Shown: one piece after another, positions 37,947 to 51,816 of the stretch
How the letters are laid out: each line of letters begins with the position of its first letter
Numbering within the stretch: the first letter of the stretch is position 1
Origin: Pseudogymnoascus verrucosus
Taxonomy: Eukaryota
DNA length: 64,000 nt
Direction: 5' to 3' (one strand)
Assembly (NCBI GenBank): GCA_001662655.1
Contig: KV460212.1
Notes under the pieces: generated by a model
Database searches by the model: none
Seen by the model: the letters and a program-made list of their open reading frames with translations, nothing else
Told to the model about the DNA's origin: nothing
Made by a program: the position numbers and the translations under genes

Positions 37947-40812
37947 TTAGCCAACATCTCCAACCGCGTCCCCTTCCTCCAACCCACCAGAAGTAATCCC
38001 AGCATCGCGCATATCTAAAAAAGACAGCTTCCCTCCCTCATCCCGCTCGCTCAGCGGCCGATCATCCACCTCCATCATCAGCGTCCCGCTCTCGCTCCTC
38101 GCTGCCTTGCTGCCATTCTCGCTATCGATATCATCTCCGTACTCGCTGCCGCTTCCGCTGCCGCTCTCGTCCTCTGTCTCGTCCCCGGCGTACTCCTTTG
38201 CCTTTTCCCCAACGGAAAACGTATACCCGTCCACGCTACTATATCCCATCCATTCCGGCGCTAGTCCCGCAATCTGTACGCCGAGCCATAACACGCGTTC
38301 CGGGCGGTGCTGGGAGCGCATGCTTTCTGCCTCGAGATAATGCGTCTCGGGCTCGACATTCTCGTTCGAGAACCAACCCTCCGGAAAGTAACCAGCTGTG
38401 AACCCAAGACCCTGCATAGCGAACTCCTCGGGAAAAGGGCGAAAGATGTCCTTCGCAGGCGCCACGGTGTCGTGTGCGCCTGCGATATCCAACTGCGACG
38501 GGTCGAGCGGCACGGTGGGGGGTGGAGGGGAGTGCGGTGTTGTTTCGGGGCGAGCGGCGGGGGGGGGAGTGGAATCGGGGATTGGGATTGTGGGGGACTC
38601 GATTGCAGCGCGAGTGGGGGGGTAGAGGACGGTGAGGGCGCTGAGGGCGCGGACAAGCTTGGTCCATGGGAAGTGGGGGTAGATGAGGGAGGCGGCGGCG
38701 GGGTGGCGGGAGAGGTGACGGAGGAAGACGAGGGTGACGTGGACGAATGAGAGGGTGTTGATGTCGCCTATGCGGCCTAGGTGTATTTTGGCGGTTTGGG
38801 CGAAGAGGTTGAGGGAGGCGGTGAAGGTGGGGGTGAGGGCGGGGGCGGAGTCGTCGTCACGCATGATGGTGTCGGCGTCGGTGGATTGGGGTTTCAGCAG
38901 GAGCGCGAGGGGGTTGTCATCTGCGCCGTAGCCGAGGAGGGCGATGCAGTTGCTGATGGCGATGTAGTATCCCTGTTCGAGGTATTTCTTGGTGATGCGC
39001 CCAATGTGCCCGTCGAGATTACTCTTGATCTCCGCAAGGGTCTCGTCAAACGTATCGAGGGATTTACCTGTGAAGATAATGGCGTGGGAGCGCACGATTG
39101 CAGTAATGACCACAGAGAAGCGGCGCTGGCCGGCTACTGGGTTCAGTGTTGGCTCGAAGAGCGTCATGATTGACTCGCGGGCTGCAGTGAAGGGGATGGG
39201 AACTGCGAGAGACTTTCCGTAGTAGAGAAGTTGAGGAAGCGCGTCTGGACGGGCTAAGATTGCGAGATGGTGGTATAAGCGCCCGGTGATGGGGGAGCGG
39301 TTGGCGGACTTCAGATACCACTGGCGAGCGACCTGGGCCCAGACCTCTCTGTCCCTGACGTTGTCGTCTTCTATCGCCATTCTGTACCTACCTAGATCGC
39401 CGAGACATTCGATCCACGTATCCTCGAATGCTGGGACCGTCTCTAGAAGAAGCGTCATCATAGAATACGCAAGGTATATAAATGCGAGCATGTAATCGAG
39501 AGACGCGGGAAGTCGGTTGCGGAGAAGCTCAAGGAAGCTATGGATGGCATGACGCCAAAGTCTCGCTGGCATAGCATACTTAAGTGGCAGGCGTCGAACA
39601 GCAGGCGTAGCAGACGGATGCTGAGAAGCAAGGAAAAAATCGTGGTGTTCGTGAAGTAAAGTCCTATGCAAGGCAATTAAGGCTTGATACTGCTCATTAT
39701 TCAGTTTTGGTGGAGTGCCAGGCGGAGCTTCTTTTGCAAGCTGAGCTTGCTTTAAATCTACTTGGATGCACTTGCCCTCGACCATTACTAACCCAACATA
39801 TATCCCTTTAACCTCAGCTACTAGCTGTTCTTGAGATATCGGACGCGTCGCTGGTTGGCTTACCATCCGAGTGTGGTCAAAGGTAGGTGAAGACAGCTGG
39901 GGACCTTGAGAGCCTTGGGCCTTTCCAGACATCAGGATGTCTCCAGGCAGGGTTCCCCGGGCGAAGGACGGCGCCGGTTTCTCCGTGGCCGTGGCAGCCA
40001 CATGTTGTGGGTTTGACAGACGCTTGCGGATCTGATGAGCAGGTCGCGCTTGAGCGCTTCCGCCCGGTGAACTTACATTCTGGGCTTGAGGCGAGCTCGG
40101 CTCGGAGGGGTTAAACAGACGTTTTCCCGAAGTGGAAGGTCCACGCGACGAAAATTCCATAGAGCCTCGAGCCTTGCCTTGCGTGGGAGAAGATGCGGCT
40201 CTGCGAGAGGCAGGCGAGGCTTGCAAGCGCGATGGGTTAGAACCCTGCGAGTGCGACGACGACGGGGACTTGCCCAGGCCGATTGCTTGCTTTTTATAAG
40301 CTTGCTCGTCTGCCAAAAACGTATTACTCATCACAGGCTGCCGCTTCGCCGCATTGCTGCTTGCGAGCTCTGCCTTCTGCAAGTCTTCCAATTTGCTTGC
40401 GGTCAGCTGGGTGGGCTCCTGGTTGATACCTCCATCGGTAGGTAACCTAGGCGGTTCCGGTGGAGTGGCTTCTTTTCTGTTCATTTGATCAGCGCCGTGT
40501 TACACATAATCACTAATAATAGCCCATTAAATTCCCCCCATAAGATTTTATTTCCACGTACTTTGAGAGCGCCCTGGATTTCGCTAAGACCTCATCCCGG
40601 AAGCGCTTTACACGCGACTCGTCCCTAGGGATGTGAACCGCGTGATTTTTCTTCACATGATGCCACAGATCATTTTCCTCCGTAAATGTCGGCGGGTTAT
40701 GACAATATGGGCATTTCAATAATGGTGCTGACGAGCCCCGTCTCGTGCGCAGCAACTTTATCCAATTGTTCTGAAATGTGGCATTTGCATCGATCGTGTT
40801 CCTTGTTGACAT
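37947..40812 (-). CDS. EST1/SMG5-7-like 14-3-3/TPR-domain protein with an N-terminal C2H2-like finger, 2 exons (40812-40562, 40476-37947), ~926 aa
   Basis: Core LHRTLLHEHHDFFLASQHPSA..MPARLWRHAIHSFLELLR..WIECLGDLGRYRMAIE..WYLKSANRSPITGRLYHHLAILA. Exon 1 has KCPYCHNPPTFTEENDLWHHVKKNH. The GTACGT..GCTGAT..CAG intron joins in frame. Confidence 0.8.
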
Positions 40813-42340
40813 TTCCGAGGGGATATAGAGCGGGTGCTCATCAAGCTGCTGCTTATGAACGTTGCTGTTGCCTGCCTATGGTGTGGCGAATGAAGGGTCA
40901 GCTTATCAGAAGTGGGCATTGGATGGCTTGCCGAGCTGAACAGACCGCACAAAGGTAAATGTGCGGGCGAGCGCGGGGAGCGGAATATTTGGGCAGTTTT
41001 GTGCATTTTGGGCATTTTTTGGGGACAGAAGGTTCTGGCAATGCCGAGCAGCTGAGATGGGATGAACGCACCCGATGCGTAACATGTAGATTTTCTCTAC
41101 TGGTTTTTTGCGCCTGAGAGGCGGTATTTGCCTCGTCAGGGACTGTTTCTTCTGGCGGTAGTATGAATAGTTTCGTGGTTCGGGCCAAATATAAGAAGAG
41201 CGGGGTGAGAGGCGAGGTGCGTAGTAGTATACTTTAGCACGAGAGTCGCCACGATGGGAGGTGTAAGTAAGTGGAACGACCAATGCCCAACGATCAAAGA
41301 AATCGGAAACCGAGAAGCCGTGAAAATAAAAGTAATATAGCGCGATAGATAGAGGTCAGAAACAGGAATCTTTAAAATAAGGGAATCAGGGTTGTCTTTA
41401 ACATAAACGACAAGGAGTGATTTTTAGCAACGATATACATTGTCAATAGAATCGGGTTGAGGCTTCGTTCCAGTGGGGGGGGGGCCTGTTTCTGGCAGAA
41501 TTAGGTAGTTCGCAAAACAGGCCAGCCAATAGGAATGATAGAGGAATGGATGGAGGAGGATGGAGGAGGGGATAGACACTATATGTACATACGGTTCTGT
41601 ATCTTCGTTATAGGCCGTGGGTACTTGTACAATTAGGGTACGCATTTCTAACCCATCATCCAATAAGATGTTTTAGAGGGATTTATTTGCCCGTATTTAT
41701 TAAAGAAAGAAAGTAGATGTTCAATGCAAAATGGAAGCCAGTATGCGCCAGTTATGTCTACCTTGTTATTTCCATTATTTCCATACACAGGCTGGGGGCC
41801 AAAAACATACGTAGATAGAAAGGCTGGGGGCATGCCATAGTATCGCCTAGCGTGGACCCGGCATAACATATAACATGGGCCGTGGCTAGGGCGCCATACA
41901 GTATAGTGACGGGCCCTGTGAGATCCCGCGCGTAACATGGATAAGGGAACATGGTGGAGGTTGATGGTCAGCCTGGTCTCGGTGAGCGTTTTCGGTGTAG
42001 AATGAAGCTTACTACATCGGGTATAGGGTTACTATACCTAACCCTTGTAATATTACTAACCTAACCTAGCCAAGGCTGAGAAATCACCGAGAGCCTTATG
42101 GCGGTGATACTACGATGTTGTATCGCTGTGATATTGTGATGCTGTAATTATTCAAGATCCAAGATTCACGATTCACGATTCGCTTGCTTTGCTATAGGGA
42201 ATATTGGGTATTGGGCACTGAGTATTGGGTATTGGGTATTAGGTTAGGTGTTGGCATTGGGAAGGAGCGATGGGTATCGTGCATTAGGTTAGCAAGGAGC
42301 AGGATAGGAACGACAGACAATCGGAACAACGAGAAGGAGA

Positions 42341-42372
42341 ATGAGAAATGAGAATGAGAATGAGAATGAGAA
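42341..42372. repeat. (ATGAGA)n hexamer microsatellite; a (TATTGGG)n-like tract lies at ~42202-42240
   Basis: Direct reading. Confidence 0.75.
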
Positions 42373-45300
42373 TTAAATGCCATCGGCCAGCCATAGAGGG
42401 AAACAGCGATGGAGGGACACCAACAGCGACACCAACATCGGTACCAACAGCCACACCAGCCTACACCTTTCACTTCCCACTTCTCACTATAACCACTGTC
42501 TTCACCGAAACGTGTCCAATGTGTCCCCTCAATGCGCAACCACCCTTCCCCGACGCCTAGCAACATGTCCAAAATGCGCGGCGACAGGCATCACCTGCAC
42601 CCTGCCGACCCATCATTCAACAGGTCCCGCATCTCTCGCCGCGTGTAGCAAGCAAACAACACATTGGCTCTCCTATCCGCCATCACACAACGCCACAACG
42701 CATTGCGGAAGTAACATGACAGTTGTCGCTGGTGCACATCAGGTCAATTGCCGGCAAATCAGGTCGTACCCACGCAGACCGGCTAGAGCTGGCGGCGTAC
42801 TGGGCGGCACATGGGGAATTGCCTGACAAGGTGGGGAATGCTCTCCGTCAGACAGGCGCTGTTGTCGGTGAATTGGTGGTAGGCTTCTTTTTCGATATCG
42901 TTCCCCGACAAGGCGGCCAACAAGAGCCGCCTTGCCTTACCAGGCGACCAAAAATCATGAGGCTCAATTGTAGGCAGGCGCTCGGCATGACACACTAGGC
43001 ATTCAATTGAGCCTCAAGCAGATACAGTTTGTTTGAGCCTCACTCCGTTTTCTTTGTCCATGATACATCACCGTCAGTAGGTATTAAAATGTACCAGGAG
43101 AATGGTATCAAGGGATACCTACCTAACCCACAGGTCAGAAACCAATGGTAAAACACGGTGAGCATTTGCAGTCCCCGACTAACTGACTGGTCACCTCTCT
43201 CGGAACCAGAAACGCCCTTTATAACCTCAAACCAATGTCTCAAGGCGTGTTTCTCACAGCAAGCGGATCCCATCGCGAAATCCGAGGGGCCAACAGACAG
43301 TCTCAAGTGGAAACATCATTACCTGTCTGCGGGTTCCCACCACTAGCTTCAATGCTCCACCACTAATTGGCAGAGTTGTGGCACGCCAGGCGATGTGTGT
43401 GCCCGAAATGTCAGTGATTGCCATTTCCCATTCGAGCACGGTGCTTGGTAGATTGACCTCCTGCGTCGTTGCCGCGCAGTGCATTGCATTCCCGCTCGGG
43501 AACCCGGTGACGAAATAACTGAAACATTTGTCCCGACGTAGAGTCCACTTAACACGGGGGGTTTAAAGACGTGGCTGTTCACAATATCACATCTGCACGC
43601 CCAAATCACCCGAAGAGGCGTGAGGTTCTCCACGGCACTCGTTCCCCGGGTTTTTCTGGCGCTCCACTATCACCCGCCCCGCTGTGCTGTGCTGGGTAAG
43701 ATTGAGCATCCGCCAGGGGTAATTTTATTGATTTACGTGAAATAATATGTATGATCTGCATTTACGCCCAAAAACAGCTATATCACAAAACTCAATATAA
43801 TTCCTTCCTGTGATAGGGCTGCGTCTGTCCAGTTAGTCGTTAACATCTTCCAGCCTTAAGCGCTGTGGCTGGCCAGCCTCGTCGTCACAAAATAAGCGTC
43901 GGCCATGGTCTCAATGTGCATAATCTCCATATGATGTTAGACCGAGCTTTTGCCGAACAGCAATTCATTGGATTAGGTTAACGACAATCCTAGCGAAAAG
44001 CTCCAAGGCAACATACCAGCTGAAACGCAAATAGAACAACATCCAACAACCAATCCCCTCCTCCATCCTCGCCGGATCCTTCTAGAGCTCTCTCCAATTC
44101 CCTATTATTCCCACCAACCAACCAACCAACGGCCCCCGAACCAGAAACGGCCCCCAAAAATGAAATGATGGTAAATCACACATGATACGCGCAAGCGCAG
44201 TGGAGCTTATTCCGACAACCGCGCTGGCGGATCATCAGCTCTAGCCACACCAACCTCAGCCACCACGACACACCAATAGGAGCTACCACAACCAACCATT
44301 CCCCAACTCGTCAGCTCACAATTCCAGGCGCCAGTTCTATAGGGCTAGGAAGGAGGCCTCCTATTTCGAGGCCATAAGATGCGCGTGCTCCCCATCCAAC
44401 AGTTCACCTGTCAACACAAACAATACGCAATCCACCAACGCGTTCAGCTGCGCCGCAGGCGTCTAGGCAACTGATGAGCTGGAGCGGAGTCACACATTCC
44501 TTTCTTCAGCTTCAGCTGCCTCACCGAGGGCGGCTGACGGTGTCAAGAGTTTGTCATGCTTACCATAAGCAACACGATCAGGCGGGCTTAATGGGCCTCG
44601 CTGGGTTGGTTGGGGAGGATAGGTGGTGGTGGTGATGATGGTGTGTAGGTGACTCTATGCGGCGTAGGTATCTACATCTCATCCACACCCTGACCGAAGA
44701 ACCATAAGTTCCGAAACGGCCGAGCAACTACTCGTCGCCATAGCCACCCCCATATCTTCGAAGGCTTCCATTCCACGAGGCCTTCTGCGGGGTGCATGAC
44801 TGCTCGTGAACCAGTACGGAGGGGGAGTGAGATCAGTATGTGAGATTCGTATTAACATCACGTGATGACTAATCTAATAGGTACCTATTCCCAACACAGC
44901 CGCGTGTAAAATCGCACGGTAAGCGTGGCTCTGTAAGCCATAAGCAGACCCTGTGCCCACGATATCGACACGAGGCAGCCGCCGTACGTGCGGCTGATAA
45001 TTCCAGAGTGTGCCCCGTATCCGGCGGAGTTGGGAAGCTGATTAGACGAGGCTGTGGCGGGAGTGTCCGGCGTCAGAGAGGAGGGGTAGGTAAACACGGG
45101 GTGCCGTTCCTTACTGCCGATTTCGAATCCCGTCTCGCGAGTTTGCGGGCCGGTTGTAGGTCGTGGCGTTGGTTGTCTGCCTGGGCGTTAATTTGGTTTC
45201 GGACGCCTTGAGCTATAAAGCGTGCGCTGGAGTGGCTGGGGTAGGGGGTTCTAGATTAAGGTTGTATCGTTGTTGTATTGTGCCTGGATTTGTAGGCGAA

Positions 45301-46633
45301 ACCCCCTGTTGATCTGTCACAAAGGATTCTAGTATTCTAGTAACTTGTCACATATAGTGCCACAGGGGGAAGGTGAGAGATTTGATTTTCAATATTTCCA
45401 TTATGCCGCGCGGTGAGTGGATGGGGAATCTCGAGGAGATGGGTAGATGGGCTGTTACATGTGAGAGAAGAGGGACGCCATCTATGAAGAGAGTGATCGG
45501 ACATAATCGGGGAGATGTGCATAAAAAGACTCATAAAAGGAGTCACCGAGACGCAGATACCATATACCTTCGCCACATATAACATCCAAAGGCGTGACTC
45601 TACGGCCGTACTCTCTGGCCAAAGACTCTCATTCATCTAGGCTATCCTCAAAATCCCGCGAATGCAGCAAGGAAAAAATCAGAAGGCGTAATATAAAACC
45701 CGCACGAGCGGGTGCATTCACCTATAAAATCCTACGGGCGACGTTCCTCCGCACGGCTTCTGCACATACAGCGGCGCTGGCTCAGGGGTGTAGCGGACAC
45801 GGCCGTGCCCGAAACGGTTCTCATTCGTTCTGGTCACCAGATGTATACTGCGAGGCTAGTAGCAACTACCGCAGCCTTAGGCAGCCAGTAAGCTCCAATC
45901 TAAACATTCAGCCACAGCCATGATAATTGTGGCGTGCCTTGATTTATACACAGTTAACAGTGCCAGGAGATAATGGCTTAGTCAGTGGCGTATAATGTAT
46001 CTGTGTCGAAATTTTGACACGGTGGTGCAGTGATGGTCGTTAGTGGTTCATGGCATTTCAGCAAGGCTGAGATCTTGCTTTTTGCTTATTCTAGCAGCTT
46101 CGAGATATGGTTACGTTAGAAGCGCTGTCAGTCAGTCGATCACGCATGTGAGCTCTATAATTGCGAGATAGTTGTATCAGGGCGAATAAGGGGAGGGTCG
46201 TGACACGAGAGGCAGACATATGTTTTGTTTTACAAGAATGGGTTTCTTTATTCTTGTCTCAAATTGTTATCATTGTGGAAATGAGATTTTTCTTATGAAT
46301 AATGAGAAAACATATACGGTAAAACCAATGTGTGACCACAAATCAAATCGGATCTAGGGGCTCGATTCTAGTCACACATATTATACTGTTCATATGTAAA
46401 TGCGATACATATCTCAGTCATCCAATGCCGGCACCCACGGAAGCATTCCAGTAATCTCCGCGCGTTTCTTCTACTCACGTCAGGGGCGATATGCATGATC
46501 GATCGTCTGCATTCTCTCAGTGGCGATTATTTCCAACTTCCCAGTTCCATATACTTCATACACAGCTGAACTACTTTCTATACATAAGAAGATATCACAA
46601 GTTGTATATTTTGCCACCAGAGCTGCCAACCCC

Positions 46634-47146
46634 CTATTTCTTCATTATAATATTGGCATTAAATATCAAGCCCAGCTTTACTTGACTCACTCCAATTTCG
46701 CCACGTCCTCTCAACATCGACTCTTCCAATGCCTTAATATCTCCATACGCTGTGGCGGTGCGTCAACCACCGAGGCTCCCGGTAAACAATGGGGCTCCAG
46801 CCCAAATATTGAGAAACGTCCCCATTATTCGGTCTCTGTGTTTCTCCGAGTGGTCATCTCCCCCACCCTCGACAAGGAGGTGCGGTTGCCTCACGTATTC
46901 TCATGTCGAACGAAATGTCTCGATCTCTTCCCTCCGCCCCAATTCGTCGTATTAAGCCGCGTAAGGGGCCGACATCAGCTCGTACAACGGGCGTTTTGGG
47001 TGAGACACCTCGGTTCGCTTCCACCAGTAGCCGAGTATTCCGGCATTGTCAGCGAGTTGCAGACCGAGCCTGTATCGCAAAGGGCGCTGAATTATCTCTC
47101 TCCTGGCGCCCGGTTCTCGTGCTAGAAGCAGCTCGCGTCTGGCCAA
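46634..47146 (-). pseudogene. Possible decayed gene fragment of unknown family
   Basis: One frame reads protein-like across three internal stops: ..LYELMSAPYAA*YDELGRREEIETFRST*EY..RIMGTFLNIWAGAPLFTGSLGG*RTATAYGDIKALEESMLRGRGEIG.. Confidence 0.3.
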
Positions 47147-50041
47147 ATAACAGGCGTTGCTGATGCCTAGGTACTAGCCAAAGCTAGACCTGGGAACGGT
47201 TGGATAGAGCGCTATAGACTCGCTATATTGGCGCTAGCGGGGCGATCCCTTGGAGTGGGCCTCTCACCGAGACACTTTGGGGGAGTGCGTACCATGCACG
47301 CTCGCTCCGCCCCCACAATCATGGCGTCGCACCGAAAAGTCTGACAGCACTCACGATGCCTCTTTCACAAGAGTGCCACCGGGGGTTCGTTGTCGACGGC
47401 GGTGTGACATGCGTCGCAGGAGGCTTCTGGTTGCCTGGCAGCAACATGCATCCTGAAGCGCTGCTGGCAATTCAATTCAGAAGCAAGGGGTGACTCCTAG
47501 GTGCCGGCGTCAGAGTTTTGGTGTTGGCGTTCACTCACCGCCAATCCCATCGACTACCCACCGGAGGGCAGAAAAGTCACGCGTTTGGAATGGAGCCAGC
47601 AAGGCGTTCGAGTCTCGAAGACCATGTCGCAGATTCCAGAATGAGGCAGTTGTGAATGGCAGATGTGCCCTCGATCCTGCAACGCTGGGTTGTGGCTTTG
47701 GGCATTTTGAACTCTGCTCGCCCAATGTCTTCGAGGGGGCGTGTGTCGAGTCAGACCTGCTCGTCATGCGCCGATGTCCGCGAATAGATTCTGCCAGCGG
47801 GGTCTTGGGCATCTTCACCGAACTCTCCATGAGGATACTTCGAATGCAAGTGAGAAATCCTTTCAGGAAACCCAGTCCTGTAGTAAGGCGGATTCTTCTG
47901 CATTTTTCTGCAACCCGAGCAAAGGACGCCCAACGACGCAACCTTCAGGCTCACTCGAGTCTTTCGTTGCCTCGAAATCAATGCACAGGAGTCTGATGAA
48001 TGAAAACAAAATGCGGTTCGGTAGAATCAACGATAACAGGCTTCACAGAGGCAGCCTCGCGATTACTAAAATATTAGAAAGAGGATGAGTTCTTGCTGGT
48101 TTAATGTGCGAGGGTAATAATAAAAAGTGATATGTGACGGCGCCCTGACTCGTGAGCGGTCGCCTTGCTTTCGACGAGCTAGGCGAGGCCTTTTTAGAGG
48201 CCGCCAGCGCAGTACAATAAATAGAGCATCGAACACAAACCAAAAACAGGATGCTGTCGTGTGCCCGCAATTTCACAGCACGTAATGAGGTGTGGATACC
48301 GATATATGGATATGTTGCTGGATTGCGGGATTGCTGGATATTACTCTCCTCTTATAGCCCCCGCATCATACTATACCTCTGCTTCTTCCCGTCGACCTGG
48401 GAAGCGAGTTCGAGAAGATGGGCCAATAGGTGAAAGGGGAGGGCGGCCAAACCTGCGGCCATAGGAAATGGAACATGCCTCGCAGAAATTGAAACAAAAG
48501 CAATTAAAATAAAGATGACTTCTTTTCTGTCGCTCGGAATACCCGAGATAGACAATGATTTGCCGTTGATTTGTAGAACATGTTGAAGCATGACATGCCG
48601 TTGAAGGGACAGAGAGGAAAGATTATGTATGCAAGGGAAGGGCGGGCGATGGTTCCCTCCATTTAAACCCCTAGTTAGGAAAATTCAGCGAACCATTCCA
48701 GGAGAATCGAATCATTCTAGGCGAATTGTGGGCGCTTACTTACTTGCGGTGAAAGCGTAAATTGTTTGTTTGCTTTGGGACGACCAGCGAGTTCTCGCAT
48801 CGGCCGCTCTTTCCCCCGCCAATCTCGAATTTGGACACGCCGTATGATCATGGCAGATTCCTCGCAGACATCGATCGTATGCAAGACACTTCCACATCTA
48901 AATACCTTGCCGCCGTCATTGCCATCGGCTGTACAATCCCGGAGATGCATGAGAGCTTCGTATATGCAGTCCTTGCATCTCATACTGAGGAAACGACGAT
49001 CGTGATCGACACATCAATGCATGAAATCCGATGCGAAGAGTAAAAAAGGTTCGGAAGTGGCTACGGGAAGAAGTGCGGGAAGGTTCGTTGAACTCACGGA
49101 GGCAAGGGACCCCACGGGGGCCCGGTGATGTGGTTTGTGCAACTACCCCCAGCCGACATGGACACCAGTGTCACGTCAAATCCCAGCAACTTTCGTCCAA
49201 ACTTGACTCGCAAACTCCACGTCCCCAACACGAAGGATTTTCTGCGTTGTTCTAAAGGTAGTTTCTAAGACATGGGCATGCTGAAGGGAAATGAATACTA
49301 TACACTTTATAGAGTAACGTCTCGGTGTCTTTTCTCCCAATGGTTTCTCACATTCGCAATTTAGCCGAAGTGGTGGTTGTCTGTGACAGATCTACGGTCT
49401 GGAAATTATTAGGAACGGCGGATTCAGCTAGGTATCCCCTCATCTTCCCTGTGGATTTTCAATGAGTCTCAGCTGATATCTTTAGATTTCTAAGACTGGT
49501 CTATGGGTTCTACATGCATGCCATTTCCTGCAATCCTTCAATACCAAGGCCTCTTCTTCCAACCTCATGACCCTCTCCCGCCATGAGCTATCCCCAAATA
49601 CCAACGAAACCAACAAAAACCAATAAGCCTCATCCCAGGTATTTGATTATGGTCCATTCCTCCGCCTTCCTGTCCAATCCCACGATCAGGACGAACCCAG
49701 TTCTTTGTGTCCTTGACTCTCAACCAACGCCTCTAACCGCATTGGGGTATCAATAGCAAAGCAAGGTAAGACTTTACCTGTCTCTCAGAGCTTCTATAAG
49801 TGTTCTTGGAAGCTTCTATGCGTCTTTCGAGCCTTCCATGTAGAACAATTTCGAGAAGTTCTATTTATTGGACTGGCAAGCCGCATAACCCTTACCTTCG
49901 TGTCGATCGCTTTGTCCTGTCACAAATTCACCTCTCCGCTGCTGATTTCTCAGAAGTTTATCACTTTATCGTATCATCCAGCTCATTTTTGATCGTCGTT
50001 GGACAGACCTGAAAAGAACCTGCCAGATCAAACGAGACGCA

Positions 50042-51816
50042 ATGATGCTTCCCAGAATACTCCTGATGCTCTCCCTCCTGGTTCTTGGGGTGTTTGGGCT
50101 GAGGGTTCCTAGATCGCCTGATAAGAGTAAGTCTTGTTAAACCCATCAATAGGATTGATATCTAAATAATTCTAGAAGTGAAAGATATCTTTCCTGATCT
50201 TTTGGATGCTGGCACCGACGAACTCATGAAAGGGTTGAAGCAGAAGCATTTCACCAGTGTTGATCTTGTCAAGGTACTGAATCATCCCCTGGATCTTGGC
50301 AATGTCACTTGACTAACAACTCCAGGCTTACCTTAGACGCATCCAGGAAGTCCAATCGCAACTTCATGTCGTCACGGAGATAAACCCAGATGCCATTTCT
50401 ATTGCACAGACTCTCGATGCTGAAAGGGCCCATGGAAAACTCCGAAGCGCCCTTCATGGTCTCCCAATGCTGGTCAAGGACAACATCGCCACCAATGACA
50501 AAATGAACAACTCAGCAGGTTCCTTTGCCCTCCTTGGTGCAAAGGTTCCGCGGGATTCAACCGTGGTTGCTAAACTCAAAGCCGCTGGTGTCATCATCAT
50601 CGGCAAATCCAGCATGTCTGAGTGGGCCAACTTCCGGTCTGGTTTTGATAATTCCTGCAACGGCTGGAGTGCCCATGGCGGACAGGTGCTTGGTGCATAT
50701 GCTGCGGACCAAGACCCGAGCGGGAGCTCGAGCGGAAGCGCCGTCGGTGCATCCCTTGGACTGGCCTTTGCGGCGCTCGGGACTGAAACAAGCGCCAGCA
50801 TCATCTTCCCCGGCAGTGTCAACAACGCCGTTGGAATCAAGCCGACGGTGGGCCTTACGTCTCGCGCTCTTGTCATCCCTGTCAGCGAGCGTCAGGACAC
50901 CGTTGGGCCCCTCGCCCGCACTGTCACCGACGCAGCCCACGTTCTCAACATCATCGCAGGTAAGGATCCCAGTGACTCGTACACCAACGCGCAGCCCTTC
51001 TCCCAACCGCCCGACTACACCAAATACCTCAAAAAAAACTTCCTGGAGGGAAAACGCATCGGCATCCCGCGCAATGCATTTCTGCCCATTGGTGATTCCA
51101 ACATCGACGCGCCCATCTTGGCTACCTTCGAGGCCGCTATCAAGGAGCTCAAGGTCGCTGGCGCAATAATCATCGACAACGCCAACTTCTCGCAATGGGA
51201 AGAGTACTACAATTCCTCTGTCACCTTCTATGGTGCTGTTAACCTGGTCGTCGCCATCGACTTCATCACCAACCTCCCCCAGTACTTCGCCAAACTGACC
51301 ACGAACCCAAACGACATCACCTCCCTCAGCGCGCTGCGCGACTTCACGCAACACAACCCGCACGAGAACTACCCCACCCGCGACACTGCGGTCTTCGATG
51401 CGGCGCTAACCGTAACCGGAGATAATACAGCGCCAGGCTTCCAGGCGTTCGCGGACCAGACGCACGCGTGGGGGACCTACGGCGGGGTGACGGGGGCGCT
51501 GGACACGTACAGGCTGGACGCTCTGGTGATGCCAAGTATGTATGCTCCAGGGGTGCCGGCGCTGGCTGGCCTGCCGATAGTGACGGTCCCGATGGGAAAG
51601 TATCCCGCAGGAACGCAGGTGCAGCGGCTAGGGCCGTGTGGGTTGGTAGCGGTGGCTCCGAATGTGCCGATTGGGTTGTCTTTTTTGGGAGCGGCGTGGA
51701 GCGAGGAGGAGCTTATCGGGTGTGCTTTTGCATATGAACAGCGCACGTTGGTGAGGGACAAGGTGAGGCCGATTGTCATGCCCACGTCGCAGTTGGAGGA
51801 TGTGGTGGGCCACTAG
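50042..51816 (+). CDS. Secreted amidase-signature enzyme (peptide amidase-like), 3 exons (50042-50126, 50176-50273, 50326-51816), ~557 aa
   Basis: Signal peptide MMLPRILLMLSLLVLGVFG; LHGLPMLVKDNI (catalytic Lys); GKSSMSEWANFR; DPSGSSSGSAV; LGTETSASII; GIKPTVGLTSR; QDTVGPLARTVTDAA. Confidence 0.88.

Noticed and set aside
42047..42055. CCTAACCCT as a telomerase RNA template near the EST1-like gene
   Set aside because: A 9-mer is expected by chance; it differs from the TAACCCTAA register I recall for Pezizomycotina TERs; no pseudoknot or CR4/5 recognised.
42513..42995. CPMC...DA*QH zinc-finger-like frame with a TAG (+), and an HAE...PMC deaminase-like ORF (-), suggesting an OLD/ZAO-type A-to-I editing pair
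   Set aside because: The finger lacks the second His and has another stop; the minus ORF is 70 aa with only one Cys of CxxC and no OTT_1508-like context. Most likely coincidence.
45100..45145. TTCGAATCCC as a tRNA T-loop
   Set aside because: No T-stem pairing or cloverleaf.
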